Assembly: GCA_964016885.1 (NCBI GenBank)
Contig: OZ024743.1
Span: 297,414,001-297,478,000 of the forward strand
Direction: 5' to 3'
Length of the DNA: 64,000 nt
From: Eledone cirrhosa
Taxonomy: Eukaryota
Shown here piece by piece: positions 29,701-44,500 of this stretch. A model generated the notes under the pieces. That model did no database searches, had not been told where the DNA came from, and worked only from the letters and a program-made list of their open reading frames with translations. Position numbers and translations under genes: made by a program. Position 1 is the first letter of the stretch. Each line of letters starts with the position of its first letter.

Positions 29701-31849
29701 AGATACTAGGGACGTATGTAAGAGTTAGGAGAGGAGATATCAGTGACGTATGTCAGAGTTAGGAGAGGAGATACCAGTGACGTATTTAAGTGTTAGGGGA
29801 GGAGATACCAGTGACGTATGTAAGAGTTAGGAGAGGAGATACCAGTGACGTATGTAAGAGTTAGGAGAGGAGATACCAGTGACGTATGTAAGAGCTAGGA
29901 GAGGAGATACCAGTGACGTATGTAAGTGTTAGGAGAGGAGATACCAGTGACGTATGTAAGAGTTAGGAGAGGAGATACCAGTGACGTATGTAAGAGTTAG
30001 GAGAGGAGATACCAGTGACGTATGTAAGTGTTAGGGGAAGAGATACCAGTGACGTATGTAAGAGTTAGGAGAGGAGATACCAGTGACGTATGTAAGAGTG
30101 AGGAGAGGAGATATCAGTGACGTATGTCAGAGTTAGGAGAGGATATACCAGTGACGTATGTAAGAGTTAGGAGAGGAGATACCAGTGACGTATGTAAGAG
30201 TTAGGAGAGGAGATACCAGTGACGTATGTAAGAGTTAGGAGAGGAGATACCAGTGACGTATGTAAGAGTTAGGAGAGGAGATACCAGTGACGTATGTAAG
30301 TGTTACGAGAGGAGATACCAGTGACGTATGTAAGAGTTAGGAGAGGAGATACCAGTGACGTATGTAAGAGTTAGGAGAGGAGATACCAGTGACGTATGTA
30401 AGAGCTAGGAGAGGAGATACCAGTGACGTATGTAAGTGTTAGGAGAGGAGATACCAGTGACGTATGTAAGAGTTAGGAGAGGAGATACCAGTGACGTATG
30501 TAAGAGTTAGGAGAGGAGATACCAGTGACGTATGTAAGTGTTAGGGGAAGAGATACCAGTGACGTATGTAAGAGTTAGGAGAGGAGATACCAGTGACGTA
30601 TGTAAGTGTTAGGGGAGGAGATACCAGTGACATATGTAAGAGTGAGGAGAGGAGATACCAGTGACGTATGTAAGAGTTAGGAGAGGAGATATCAGTGACG
30701 TATGTCAGAGTTAGGAAGGAGATACCAGTGCCGTATGTAAGTGTTACGAGAGGAGATACCAGTGACGTATGTAAGAGCTAGAGGAGGAGATACCAGTGAC
30801 GTATGTAAGAGTTAGGAGAGGAGATACCAGTGCCGTATGTAAGAGTTAGGGGAGGAGATACCAGTGACGTATGTAAGAGTTAGGAGAGGAGATACCAGTG
30901 ACGTATGTAAGAGCTAGGGGAGGAGATACCAGTGACGTATGTAAGAGTTAGGAGAGGAGATACCAGTGACGTATGTAAGAGTTAGGAGAGGAGATACCAG
31001 TGACGTATGGAAGAGTTAGGAAGGAGATATCAGTGACGTATGTAAGAGTTAGGAGAGGAGATACCAGTAACGTATGTAAGAGTTAGGAGAGGAGATACCA
31101 GTGACGTATGTAAGAGTTAGGAGTGGAGATACCAGTGACGTTTGTAAGAGTTAGGAGAGGAGATACTAGTGACGTATGTATGAGTTAGGAGAGGAGATAC
31201 CAGTGACGTATGTAAGAGTTATGAAGGAGATATCAGTGACGTATGTAAGAGTTAGGAGAGGAGATACCAGTGACGTATGTAAGAGTTCGGAGAGGAGATA
31301 CCAGTGACGTATGTAAGAGTTAGGAGAGGAGATACCAGTGACGTATGTAAGAGTTAGGAGAGGAGATACCACTGACGTATGTAAGAGTTAGGAGAGGATA
31401 TACCAGTGACGTATGTAACAGTTAGGAGAGGAGATACCAGTGACGTATGTAAGAGTTAGGGGAGGAGATACCAGTGACGTATGTCAGAGTTAGGAGAGGA
31501 GATACCAGTGACGTATTTAAGTGTTAGGGGAGGAGATACCAGTGCCGTATGTAAGAGTTAGGAAGGAGATACCAGTGACGTATGTAAGAGTTACGAGAGG
31601 AGATACCAGTGACGTATGTAAGTGTTAGGGGAGGAGATACCAGTGACGTATGTAAGAGTTAGGAGAGGAGATACTAGTAACGTATGTAAGAGTGAGGAGA
31701 GGAGATATCAGTGACGTATGTCAGAGTTAGGAGAGGATATACCAGTGACGTATGTAAGAGTTAGGAGAGGAGATACCAGTGACGTATGTAAGAGTTAGGA
31801 GAGGAGATACCAGTGACGTATGTAAGAGTTAGGAGAGGAGATACCAGTG

Positions 31850-34800
31850 ACGTATGTAAGAGTTAGGAGAGGAGATACCAGTGACGTATGTAAGTGTTAC
31901 GAGAGGAGATACCAGTGACGTATGTAAGAGTTAGGAAAGGAGATACCAGTGACGTATGTAAGAGTTAGGAGAGGAGATACCAGTGACGTATGTAAGAGCT
32001 AGGAGAGGAGATACCAGTGACGTATGTAAGTGTTAGGAGAGGAGATACCAGTGACGTATGTAAGAGTTAGGAGAGGAGATACCAGTGACGTATGTAAGAG
32101 TTAGGAGAGGAGATACCAGTGACGTATGTAAGTGTTAGGGGAAGAGATACCAGTGACGTATGTAAGAGTTAGGAGAGGAGATACCAGTGACGTATGTAAG
32201 TGTTAGGGGAGGAGATACCAGTGACATATGTAAGAGTGAGGAGAGGAGATACCAGTGACGTATGTAAGAGTTAGGAGAGGAGATATCAGTGACGTATGTC
32301 AGAGTTAGGAAGGAGATACCAGTGGCGTATGTAAGTGTTACGAGAGGAGATACCAGTGACGTATGTAAGAGCTAGAGGAGGAGATACCAGTGACGTATGT
32401 AAGAGTTAGGAGAGGAGATACCAGTGCCGTATGTAAGAGTTAGGGGAGGAGATACCAGTGACGTATGTAAGAGTTAGGAGAGGAGATACCAGTGACGTAT
32501 GTAAGAGCTAGGGGAGGAGATACCAGTGACGTATGTAAGAGTTAGGAGAGGAGATACCAGTGACGTATGTAAGAGTTAGGAGAGGAGATACCAGTGACGT
32601 ATGGAAGAGTTAGGAAGGAGATATCAGTGACGTATGTAAGAGTTAGGAGAGGAGATACCAGTAACGTATGTAAGAGTTAGGAGAGGAGATACCAGTGACG
32701 TATGTAAGAGTTAGGAGAGGAGATACCAGTGACGTTTGTAAGAGTTAGGAGAGGAGATACTAGTGACGTATGTATGAGTTAGGAGAGGAGATACCAGTGA
32801 CGTATGTAAGAGTTATGAAGGAGATATCAGTGACCTATGTAAGAGTTAGGGGAGGAGATACCAGTGACGTATGTAAGAGTTAGGAGAGGAGATACCAGTG
32901 ACGTATGTAAGAGTTAGGAGAGGAGATACCAGTGACGTATGTAAGAGCTAGGGGAGGAGATACCAGTGACGTATGTAAGAGTTAGGAGAGGAGATACCAG
33001 TGACGTATGTAAGAGTTAGGAGAGGAGATACCAGTGACGTATGTAAGAGTTAGGAGAGGAGATACCAGTGACGTATGTAAGAGCTAGGAGAGGAGATACC
33101 AGTGACGTATGTAAGTGTTAGGAGAGGAGATACCAGTGACGTATGTAAGAGTTAGGAGAGGAGATACCAGTGACGTATGTAAGAGTTAGGAGAGGAGATA
33201 CCAGTGACGTATGTAAGTGTTAGGGGAAGAGATACCAGTGACGTTTGTAAGAGTTAGGAGAGGAGATACTAGTGACGTATGTATGAGTTAGGAGAGGAGA
33301 TACCAGTGACGTATGTAAGAGTTATGAAGGAGATATCAGTGACCTATGTAAGAGTTAGGGGAGGAGATACCAGTGACGTATGTAAGAGTTAGGAGAGGAG
33401 ATACCAGTGACGTATGTAAGAGTTAGGAGAGGAGATACCAGTGACGTATGTAAGAGCTAGGGGAGGAGATACCAGTGACGTATGTAAGAGTTAGGAGAGG
33501 AGATACCAGTGACGTATGTAAGAGTTAGGAGAGGAGATACCAGTGACGTATGTAAGAGTTAGGAGAGGAGATACCAGTGACGTATGTAAGAGCTAGGAGA
33601 GGAGATACCAGTGACGTATGTAAGTGTTAGGAGAGGAGATACCAGTGACGTATGTAAGAGTTAGGAGAGGAGATACCAGTGACGTATGTAAGAGTTAGGA
33701 GAGGAGATACCAGTGACGTATGTAAGTGTTAGGGGAAGAGATACCAGTGACGTATGTAAGAGTTAGGAGAGGAGATACCAGTGACGTATGTAAGTGTTAG
33801 GGGAGGAGATACCAGTGACGTATGTAAGACTGAGGAGAGGAGATACCAGTGACGTATGTAAGAGTTAGGAGAGGAGATATCAGTGACGTATGTCAGAGTT
33901 AGGAAGGAGATACCAGTGCCGTATGTAAGTGTTACGAGAGGAGATACCAGTGACGTACGTAAGAGCTAGGGGAGGAGATACCAGTGACGTATGTAAGAGT
34001 TAGGAGAGGAGATACCAGTGCCGTATGTAAGAGTTAGGGGAGGAGATACCAGTGACGTATGTAAGAGTTAGGAGAGGAGATACCAGTGACGTATGTAAGA
34101 GCTAGGGGAGGAGATACCAGTGACGTATGTAAGAGTTAGGAGAGGAGATACCAGTGACGTATGTAAGAGTTAGGGGAGGAGATACCAGTGACGTATGTAA
34201 GAGTTAGGAGAGGAGATACCAGTGACGTATGTAAGAGTTAGGAGAGGAGATACCAGTGCCGTATGTAAGAGTTAGAGGAGGAGATACCAGTGACGTATGT
34301 AAGAGTTCGGAGAGGAGATACCAGTGACGTATGTAAGAGCTAGGGGAGGAGATACCAGTGACGTATGTAAGAGTTAGGAGAGGAGATACCAGTGACGTAT
34401 GTAAGAGTTAGGAGAGGAGATATCAGTGACCTATGTCAGAGTTAGGAGAGGAGATACCAGTGACGTATTTAAGTGTTAGGGGAGGAGATACCAGTGCTCT
34501 ATGTAAGAGTTAGGAAGGAGATACCAGTGACGTATGTAAGAGTTAGGAGAGGAGATACCAGTGACGTATGTAAGTGTTACGAGAGGAGATACCAGTGACG
34601 TATGTAAGAGTTAGGAAAGGAGATACCAGTGACGTATGTAAGAGTTAGGAGAGGAGATACCAGTGACGTATGTAAGAGCTAGGAGAGGAGATACCAGTGA
34701 CGTATGTAAGTGTTAGGAGAGGAGATACCAGTGACGTATGTAAGAGTTAGGAGAGGAGATACCAGTGACGTATGTAAGAGTTAGGAGAGGAGATACCAGT

Positions 34801-37220
34801 GACGTATGTAAGTGTTAGGGGAAGAGATACCAGTGACGTATGTAAGAGTTAGGAGAGGAGATACCAGTGACGTATGTAAGTGTTAGGGGAGGAGATACCA
34901 GTGACATATGTAAGAGTGAGGAGAGGAGATACCAGTGACGTATGTAAGAGTTAGGAGAGGAGATATCAGTGACGTATGTCAGAGTTAGGAAGGAGATACC
35001 AGTGGCGTATGTAAGTGTTACGAGAGGAGATACCAGTGACGTATGTAAGAGCTAGAGGAGGAGATACCAGTGACGTATGTAAGAGTTAGGAGAGGAGATA
35101 CCAGTGCCGTATGTAAGAGTTAGGGGAGGAGATACCAGTGACGTATGTAAGAGTTAGGAGAGGAGATACCAGTGACGTATGTAAGAGCTAGGGGAGGAGA
35201 TACCAGTGACGTATGTAAGAGTTAGGAGAGGAGATACCAGTGACGTATGTAAGAGTTAGGAGAGGAGATACCAGTGACGTATGGAAGAGTTAGGAAGGAG
35301 ATATCAGTGACGTATGTAAGAGTTAGGAGAGGAGATACCAGTAACGTATGTAAGAGTTAGGAGAGGAGATACCAGTGACGTATGTAAGAGTTAGGAGAGG
35401 AGATACCAGTGACGTTTGTAAGAGTTAGGAGAGGAGATACTAGTGACGTATGTATGAGTTAGGAGAGGAGATACCAGTGACGTATGTAAGAGTTATGAAG
35501 GAGATATCAGTGACCTATGTAAGAGTTAGGGGAGGAGATACCAGTGACGTATGTAAGAGTTAGGAGAGGAGATACCAGTGACGTATGTAAGAGTTAGGAG
35601 AGGAGATACCAGTGACGTATGTAAGAGCTAGGGGAGGAGATACCAGTGACGTATGTAAGAGTTAGGAGAGGAGATACCAGTGACGTATGTAAGAGTTAGG
35701 AGAGGAGATACCAGTGACGTATGTAAGAGTTAGGAGAGGAGATACCAGTGACGTATGTAAGAGCTAGGAGAGGAGATACCAGTGACGTATGTAAGTGTTA
35801 GGAGAGGAGATACCAGTGACGTATGTAAGAGTTAGGAGAGGAGATACCAGTGACGTATGTAAGAGTTAGGAGAGGAGATACCAGTGACGTATGTAAGTGT
35901 TAGGGGAAGAGATACCAGTGACGTTTGTAAGAGTTAGGAGAGGAGATACTAGTGACGTATGTATGAGTTAGGAGAGGAGATACCAGTGACGTATGTAAGA
36001 GTTATGAAGGAGATATCAGTGACCTATGTAAGAGTTAGGGGAGGAGATACCAGTGACGTATGTAAGAGTTAGGAGAGGAGATACCAGTGACGTATGTAAG
36101 AGTTAGGAGAGGAGATACCAGTGACGTATGTAAGAGCTAGGGGAGGAGATTCCAGTGACGTATGTAAGAGTTAGGAGAGGAGATACCAGTGACGTATGTA
36201 AGAGTTAGGAGAGGAGATACCAGTGACGTATGTAAGAGTTAGGAGAGGAGATACCAGTGACGTATGTAAGAGCTAGGAGAGGAGATACCAGTGACGTATG
36301 TAAGTGTTAGGAGAGGAGATACCAGTGACGTATGTAAGAGTTAGGAGAGGAGATACCAGTGACGTATGTAAGAGTTAGGAGAGGAGATACCAGTGACGTA
36401 TGTAAGTGTTAGGGGAAGAGATACCAGTGACGTATGTAAGAGTTAGGAGAGGAGATACCAGTGACGTATGTAAGTGTTAGGGGAGGAGATACCAGTGACG
36501 TATGTAAGACTGAGGAGAGGAGATACCAGTGACGTATGTAAGAGTTAGGAGAGGAGATATCAGTGACGTATGTCAGAGTTAGGAAGGAGATACCAGTGCC
36601 GTATGTAAGTGTTACGAGAGGAGATACCAGTGACGTACGTAAGAGCTAGGGGAGGAGATACCAGTGACGTATGTAAGAGTTAGGAGAGGAGATACCAGTG
36701 CCGTATGTAAGAGTTAGGGGAGGAGATACCAGTGACGTATGTAAGAGTTAGGAGAGGAGATACCAGTGACGTATGTAAGAGCTAGGGGAGGAGATACCAG
36801 TGACGTATGTAAGAGTTAGGAGAGGAGATACCAGTGACGTATGTAAGAGTTAGGGGAGGAGATACCAGTGACGTATGTAAGAGTTAGGAGAGGAGATACC
36901 AGTAACGTATGTAAGAGTTAGGAGAGGAGATACCAGTGCCGTATGTAAGAGTTAGAGGAGGAGATACCAGTGACGTATGTAAGAGTTCGGAGAGGAGATA
37001 CCAGTGACGTATGTAAGAGCTAGGGGAGGAGATACCAGTGACGTATGTAAGAGTTAGGAGAGGAGATACCAGTGACGTATGTAAGAGTTAGGAGAGGAGA
37101 TATCAGTGACCTATGTCAGAGTTAGGAGAGGAGATACCAGTGACGTATTTAAGTGTTAGGGGAGGAGATACCAGTGCCCTATGTAAGAGTTAGGAAGGAG
37201 ATACCAGTGACGTATGTAAG
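31850..37220 (+). repeat. Tandem duplication, offset 2680 bp (79 monomers), each copy containing a 509-bp (15-monomer) internal duplication
   Basis: TTAGGAAAGG at 31931/34611, AGTGGCG at 32321/35001 and TATGTAAGACTGAGG at 33821/36501. Internal TGACCTATG at 32831/33340. Confidence 0.92.
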
Positions 37221-40200
37221 AGTTACGAGAGGAGATACCAGTGACGTATGTAAGTGTTAGGGGAGGAGATACCAGTGACGTATGTAAGAGTTAGGAGAGG
37301 AGATACTAGTGACGTATGTAAGAGTTAGGAGAGGAGATACCAGTGACGTATGTAAGAGTTAGGGGAGGAGATACCAGTGACCTATGTAAGAGTTAGGGGA
37401 GGAGATACCAGTGACGTATGTAAGAGTTAGGAGAGGAGATACCAGTGACGTATGTAAGAGTTAGGAGAGGAGATACCAGTTACGTATGTAAGATTTAGGG
37501 GAAGAGATACCAGTGACGTATGTAAGAGTTAGGAGAGGAGATACCAGTGACGTATGTAAGAGTTAGGGGAGGAGATACAAGTGACGGATGTAAGAGTTAC
37601 GAGAGGAGATACCAGTGACGTATGTAAGAGTTAGGGCAGGAGATACCAGTGACGTATGTAAGAGTTAGGAGAGGAGATACCAGTGACGTATGTAAGAGTT
37701 AGGGGAGGAGATACCAGTGTCGTATGTAAGAGTTATGAGAGGGGATACCCGTGACGTATGTAAGAGTTAGGAGAGGAGATACCAGTGACGTAGGCAAGAG
37801 TTAGGAGAGGAGATACCAGTGACGTATGTAAGAGTTAGGAGAGGAGATACCAGTGACGTATGTAAGTGTTACGAGAGGAGATACCAGTGACGTATGTAAG
37901 AGTTAGGAGAGGAGATACCAGTGACGTATGTAAGAGTTAGGAGAGGAGATACCAGTGACGTATGTAAGAGCTAGGAGAGGAGATACCAGTGACGTATGTA
38001 AGTGTTAGGAGAGGAGATACCAGTGACGTATGTAAGAGTTAGGAGAGGAGATACCAGTGACGTATGTAAGAGTTAGGAGAGGAGATACCAGTGACGTATG
38101 TAAGTGTTAGGGGAAGAGATACCAGTGACGTATGTAAGAGTTAGGAGAGGAGATACCAGTGACGTATGTAAGTGTTAGGGGAGGAGATTCCAGTGACGTA
38201 TGTAAGAGTGAGGAGAGGAGATACCAGTGACGTATGTAAGAGTTAGGAGAGGAGATATCAGTGACGTATGTCAGAGTTAGGAAGGAGATACCAGTGCCGT
38301 ATGTAAGTGTTACGAGAGGAGATACCAGTGACGTATGTAAGAGCTAGGGGAGGAGATACCAGTGACGTATGTAAGAGTTAGGAGAGGAGATACCAGTGCC
38401 GTATGTAAGAGTTAGGGGAGGAGATACCAGTGACGTATGTAAGAGTTAGGAGAGGAGATACCAGTGACGTATGTAAGAGCTAGGGGAGGAGATACCAGTG
38501 ACGTATGTAAGAGTTAGGAGAGGAGATACCAGTGACGTATGTAAGAGTTAGGAGAGGAGATACCAGTGACGTATGTAAGAGTTAGGAGAGGAGATACCAG
38601 TGACGTATGTAAGAGTTAGGAGAGGAGATACCAGTGACGTATGGAAGAGTTAGGAAGGAGATATCAGTGACGTATGTAAGAGTTAGGAGAGGAGATACCA
38701 GTGACGTATGTAAGAGTTAGGAGAGGAGATACCAGTGACGTATGTAAGAGTTAGGAGAGGAGATACCAGTGACGTTTGTAAGAGTTAGGAGAGGAGATAC
38801 CAGTGACGTATGTATGAGTTAGGAGAGGAGATACCAGTAACGTATGTAAGAGTTATGAAGGAGATATCAGTGACGTATGTAAGAGTTAGGAGAGGAGATA
38901 CCAGTGACGTATGTAAGAGTTCGGAGAGGAGATACCAGTGACGTATGTAAGCGTTAGGAGAGGAGATACCAGTGACGTATGTAAGAGTTAGGAGAGGAGA
39001 TACCAGTGACGTATGTAAGAGTTAGGAAAGGAGATACCAGTGACGTATGTAAGAGTTACGAGAGGAGATACTAGTGACGTATGTAAGTGTTAGGGCAGGA
39101 GATACGAGTAACGTATGTAAGAGTTAGGAGAGGAGATACTAGGGACGTATGTAAGAGTTAGGAGAGGAGATATCAGTGACGTATGTCAGAGTTAGGAGAG
39201 GAGATACCAGTGACGTATTTAAGTGTTAGGGGAGGAGATACCAGTGCCGTATGTAAGAGTTAGGAAGGAGATACCAGTGACGTATGTAAGAGTTACGAGA
39301 GGAGATACCAGTGACGTATGTAAGTGTTAGGGGAGGAGATACCAGCGACGTATGTAAGAGTTAGGAGAGGAGATACTAGTAACGTATGTAAGAGTGAGGA
39401 GAGGAGATATCAGTGACGTATGTCAGAGTTAGGAGAGGATATACCAGTGACGTATGTAAGAGTTAGGAGAGGAGATACCAGTGACGTATGTAAGAGTTAG
39501 GAGAGGAGATACCAGTGACGTATGTAAGAGTTAGGAGAGGAGATACCAGTGACGTATGTAAGAGTTAGGAGAGGAGATACCAGTGACGTATGTAAGTGTT
39601 ACGAGAGGAGATACCAGTGACGTATGTAAGAGTTAGGAGAGGAGATACCAGTGACGTATGTAAGAGTTAGGAGAGGAGATACCAGTGACGTATGTAAGAG
39701 TTAGGAAGGAGATATCAGTGACGTATGTAAGTGTTAGGAGAGGAGATACCAGTGACGTATGTAAGAGTTAGGAGAGGAGATACCAGTGACGTATGTAAGA
39801 GTTAGGAGAGGAGATACCAGTGACGTATGTAAGTGTTAGGGGAAGAGATACCAGTGACGTATGTAAGAGTTAGGAGAGGAGATACCAGTGACGTATGTAA
39901 GTGTTAGGGGAGGAGATACCAGTGACATATGTAAGAGTGAGGAGAGGAGATACCAGTGACGTATGTAAGAGTTAGGAGAGGAGATATCAGTGACGTATGT
40001 CAGAGTTAGGAAGGAGATACCAGTGACGTATGTAAGTGTTACGAGAGGAGATACTAGTGACGTATGTAAGAGCTAGAGGAGGAGATACCAGTGACGTATG
40101 TAAGAGTTAGGAGAGGAGATACCAGTGACGTATGTAAGAGTTAGGGGAGGAGATACCAGTGACGTATGTAAGAGTTAGGAGAGGAGATACCAGTGACGTA

Positions 40201-41599
40201 TGTAAGAGCTAGGGGAGGAGATACCAGTGACGTATGTAAGAGTAAGGAGAGGAGATACCAGTGACGTATGTAAGAGTTAGGAGAGGAGATACCAGTGACG
40301 TATGGAAGAGTTAGGAAGGAGATATCAGTGACGTATGTAAGAGATAGGAAGGGAGATACCAGTAACGTATGTAAGAGTTAGGAGAGGAGATACCAGTGAC
40401 GTATGTAATAGTTCGGAGAGGAGATACCAGTGACGTATGTAAGAGTTAGGAGAGGAGATACCAGTGACGTATGTAAGAGTTAGGAGAGGAGATACCACTG
40501 ACGTATGTAACAGTTAGGAGAGGATATACCAGTGACGTATGTAACAGTTAGGAGAGGAGATACCAGTGACGTATGTAAGAGTTAGGGGAGGAGATACCAG
40601 TGACGTATGTCAGAGTTAGGAGAGGAGATACCAGTGACGTATGTAAGCGTTAGGAGAGGAGATACCAGTGACGTATTTAAGTGTTAGGGGAGGAGATACC
40701 AGTGCCGTATGTAAGAGTTAGGAAGGAGATACCAGTGACGTATGTAAGAGTTACGAGAGGAGATACCAGTGACGTATGTAAGTGTTAGGGGAGGAGATAC
40801 CAGTGACGTATGTAAGAGTTAGGAGAGGAGATACTAGTGACGTATGTAAGAGTTAGGAGAGGAGATATCAGTGACGTATGTCAGAGTTAGGAGAGGAGAT
40901 ACCAGTGACGTATTTAAGTGTTAGGGGAGGAGATACCAGTGCCGTATGTAAGAGTTAGGAAGGAGATACCAGTGACGTATGTAAGAGTTACGAGAGGAGA
41001 TACCAGTGACGTATGTAAGTGTTAGGGGAGGAGATACCAGTGACGTATGTAAGAGTTAGGAGAGGAGATACTAGCGACGTATGTAAGAGTTAGGAGAGGA
41101 GATATCAGTGACGTATGTCAGAGTTAGGAGAGGATATACCAGTGACGTATGTAAGAGTTAGGGGAGGAGATACCAGTGACGTATGTAAGAGTTATGAGAG
41201 GGGATACCCGTGACGTATGTAAGAGTTAGGAGAGGAGATACCAGTGACGTATGTAAGAGTTAGGGGAGGAGATACCAGTGACGTATGTAAGAGTTTGGAG
41301 AGGTGATACCATTGACGTATGTAAGAGTTAGGAGAGGAGATATCAATGACGTATGTAAGAGTTAGGAGAGGAGATACCAGTGACGTATGTAAGTGTTATG
41401 AGAGGAGATATCAGTGACGTATGTAAGAGTTAGGAGAGGAGATACCAGTGACGTTTGTAAGAGTTAGGAGAGGAGATACCAGTGACGTATGTAAGAGTTA
41501 TGAAGGAGATATCAGTGACGTTTGTAAGAGTTAGGAGAGGAGATACCAGTGACGTATGTAAGAGTTCGGAGAGGAGATACCAGTGACGTATGTAAGAGT

Positions 41600-44500
41600 T
41601 AGGAGAGGAGATACCAGTGACGTATGTAAGAGTTAGGAGAGAAGATACCAGTGACGTATGTAAGAGTTACGAGAGGAGATACCAGTGACGTATGTAAGTG
41701 ATAGGGGAGGAGATACCAGTAACGTATGTAAGAGTTAGGAGAGGAGATACTAGGGACGTATGTAAGAGTTAGGAGAGGAGATATCAGTGACGTATGTCAG
41801 AGTTAGGAGAGGAGATACCAGTGACGTATTTAAGTGTTAGGGGAGGAGATACCAGTGCCGTATGTAAGAGTTAGGAAGGAGATACCAGTGACGTATGTAA
41901 GAGTTACGAGAGGAGATACCAGTGACGTATGTAAGTGTTAGGGGAGGAGATACCAGTGACGTATGTAAGAGTTAGGAGAGGAGATACTAGTAACGTATGT
42001 AAGAGTTAGGAGAGGAGATATCAGTGACGTATGTCAGAGTTAGGAGAGGATATACCTGTGAAGTATGTAAGAGTTAGGGGAGGAGATACCAGTGACGTAT
42101 GTAAGAGTTATGAGAGGGGATACCCGTGACGTATGTAAGAGTTAGGAGAGGAGATACCCGTGACGAATGTAAGAGTTAGGAGAGGAGATACCAGTGACGT
42201 ATGTAAGAGTTAGGAGAGGAGATACCAGTGACGTATGTAAGAGTTAGGAGAGGAGATACCAGTGACGTATGTAAGTGTTACGAGAGGAGATACCAGTGAC
42301 GTATGTAAGAGTTAGGAGAGGAGATACCAGTGACGTATGTAAGAGTTAGGAGAGGAGATACCAGTGACGTATGTAAGAGCTAGGAGAGGAGATACCAGTG
42401 ACGTATGTAAGTGTTAGGAGAGGAGATACCAGTGACGTATGTAAGAGTTAGGAGAGGAGATACCAGTGACGTATGTAAGAGTTAGGAGAGGAGATACCAG
42501 TGACGTATGTAAGTGTTAGGGGAAGAGATACCAGTGACGTATGTAAGAGTTAGGAGAGGAGATACCAGTGACGTATGTAAGTGTTAGGGGAGGAGATCCC
42601 AGTGACGTATGTAAGAGTTAGGAGAGGAGATACCAGTGACGTATGTAAGAGTTAGGAGAGGAGATACCAGTGACGTATGGAAGAGTTAGGAAGGAGATAT
42701 CAGTGACGTATGTAAGAGTTAGGAGAGGAGATACCAGTGACGTATGTAAGAGTTAGGAGAGAAGATACCAGTGACGTATGTAAGAGTTAGGAGAGGAGAT
42801 ACCAGTGACGTTTGTAAGAGTTAGGAAACGAGATACCAGTGACGTATGTATGAGTTAGGAGAGGAGATACCAGTGACGTATGTAAGTGTTATGAAGGAGA
42901 TATCAGTGACGTATGTAAGAGTTAGGAGAGGAGATACCAGTGACGTATGTAAGAGTTCGGAGAGGAGATACCAGTGACGTATGTAAGAGTTAGGAGAGGA
43001 GATACCAGTGACGTATGTAAGAGTTAGGAGAGGAGATACCAGTGACGTATGTAAGAGTTAGGAGAGGAGATACCAGTGACGTATGTAAGAGTTAGGAGAG
43101 GAGATACCAGTGCCGTATGTAAGAGTTAGGGGAGGAGATACCAGTAACGTATGTAAGAGTTAGGAGAGGAGATACCAGTGACGTATGTAAGAGCTAGGGG
43201 AGGAGATACCAGTGACGTATGTAAGAGTTAGGAGAGGAGATACCAGTGACGTATGTAAGAGTTAGGGGAGGAGATACCAGTGACGTATGTAAGAGTTAGG
43301 AGAGGAGATACCAGTGACGTATGTAAGAGTTAGGAGAGGAGATACCAGTGACGTATGGAAGAGTTAGGAAGGAGATATCAGTGACGTATGTAAGAGTTAG
43401 GAGAGGAGATACCAGTGACGTATGTAAGAGTTAGGAGAGGAGATACCAGTGACGTATGTAAAAGTTAGGAGAGGAGATACCAGTGACGTTTGTAAGAGTT
43501 AGGAAAGGAGATACCAGTGACGTATGTATGAGTTAGGAGAGGAGATACCAGTGACGTATGTAAGAGTTAGGAAGGAGATATCAGTGACGTATGTAAGAGT
43601 TAGGAGAGGAGATACCAGTGACGTATGTAAGAGTTCGGAGAGGAGATACCAGTGACGTATGTAAGAGTTAGGAGAGGAGATACCAGTGACGTATGTAAGA
43701 GTTAGGAGAGGAGATACCACTGACGTATGTAAGAGTTAGGAGAGGATATACCAGTGACGTATGTAACAGTTAGGAGAGGAGATACCAGTGACGTATGTAA
43801 GAGTTAGGGGAGGAGATACCAGTGACGTATGTCAGAGTTAGGAGAGGAGATACCAGTGACGTATGTAAGCGTTAGGAGAGGAGATACCAGTGACGTATTT
43901 AAGTGTTAGGGGAGGAGATACCAGTGCCGTATGTAAGAGTTAGGAAGGAGATACCAGTGACGTATGTAAGAGTTACGAGAGGAGATACCAGTGACGTATG
44001 TAAGTGTTAGGGGAGGAGATACCAGTGACGTATGTAAGAGTTAGGAGAGGAGATACTAGTGACGTATGTAAGAGTTAGGAGAGGAGATATCAGTGACGTA
44101 TGTCAGAGTTAGGAGAGGAGATACCAGTGACGTATTTAAGTGTTAGGGGAGGAGATACCAGTGCCGTATGTAAGAGTTAGGAAGGAGATACCAGTGACGT
44201 ATGTAAGAGTTACGAGAGGAGATACCAGTGACGTATGTAAGTGTTAGGGGAGGAGATACCAGTGACGTATGTAAGAGTTAGGAGAGGAGATACTAGCGAC
44301 GTATGTAAGAGTTAGGAGAGGAGATATCAGTGACGTATGTCAGAGTTAGGAGAGGATATACCAGTGACGTATGTAAGAGTTAGGGGAGGAGATACCAGTG
44401 ACGTATGTAAGAGTTATGAGAGGGGATACCCGTGACGTATGTAAGAGTTAGGAGACGAGATACCAGTGACGTATGTAAGAGTTTGGAGAGGAGATACCAT

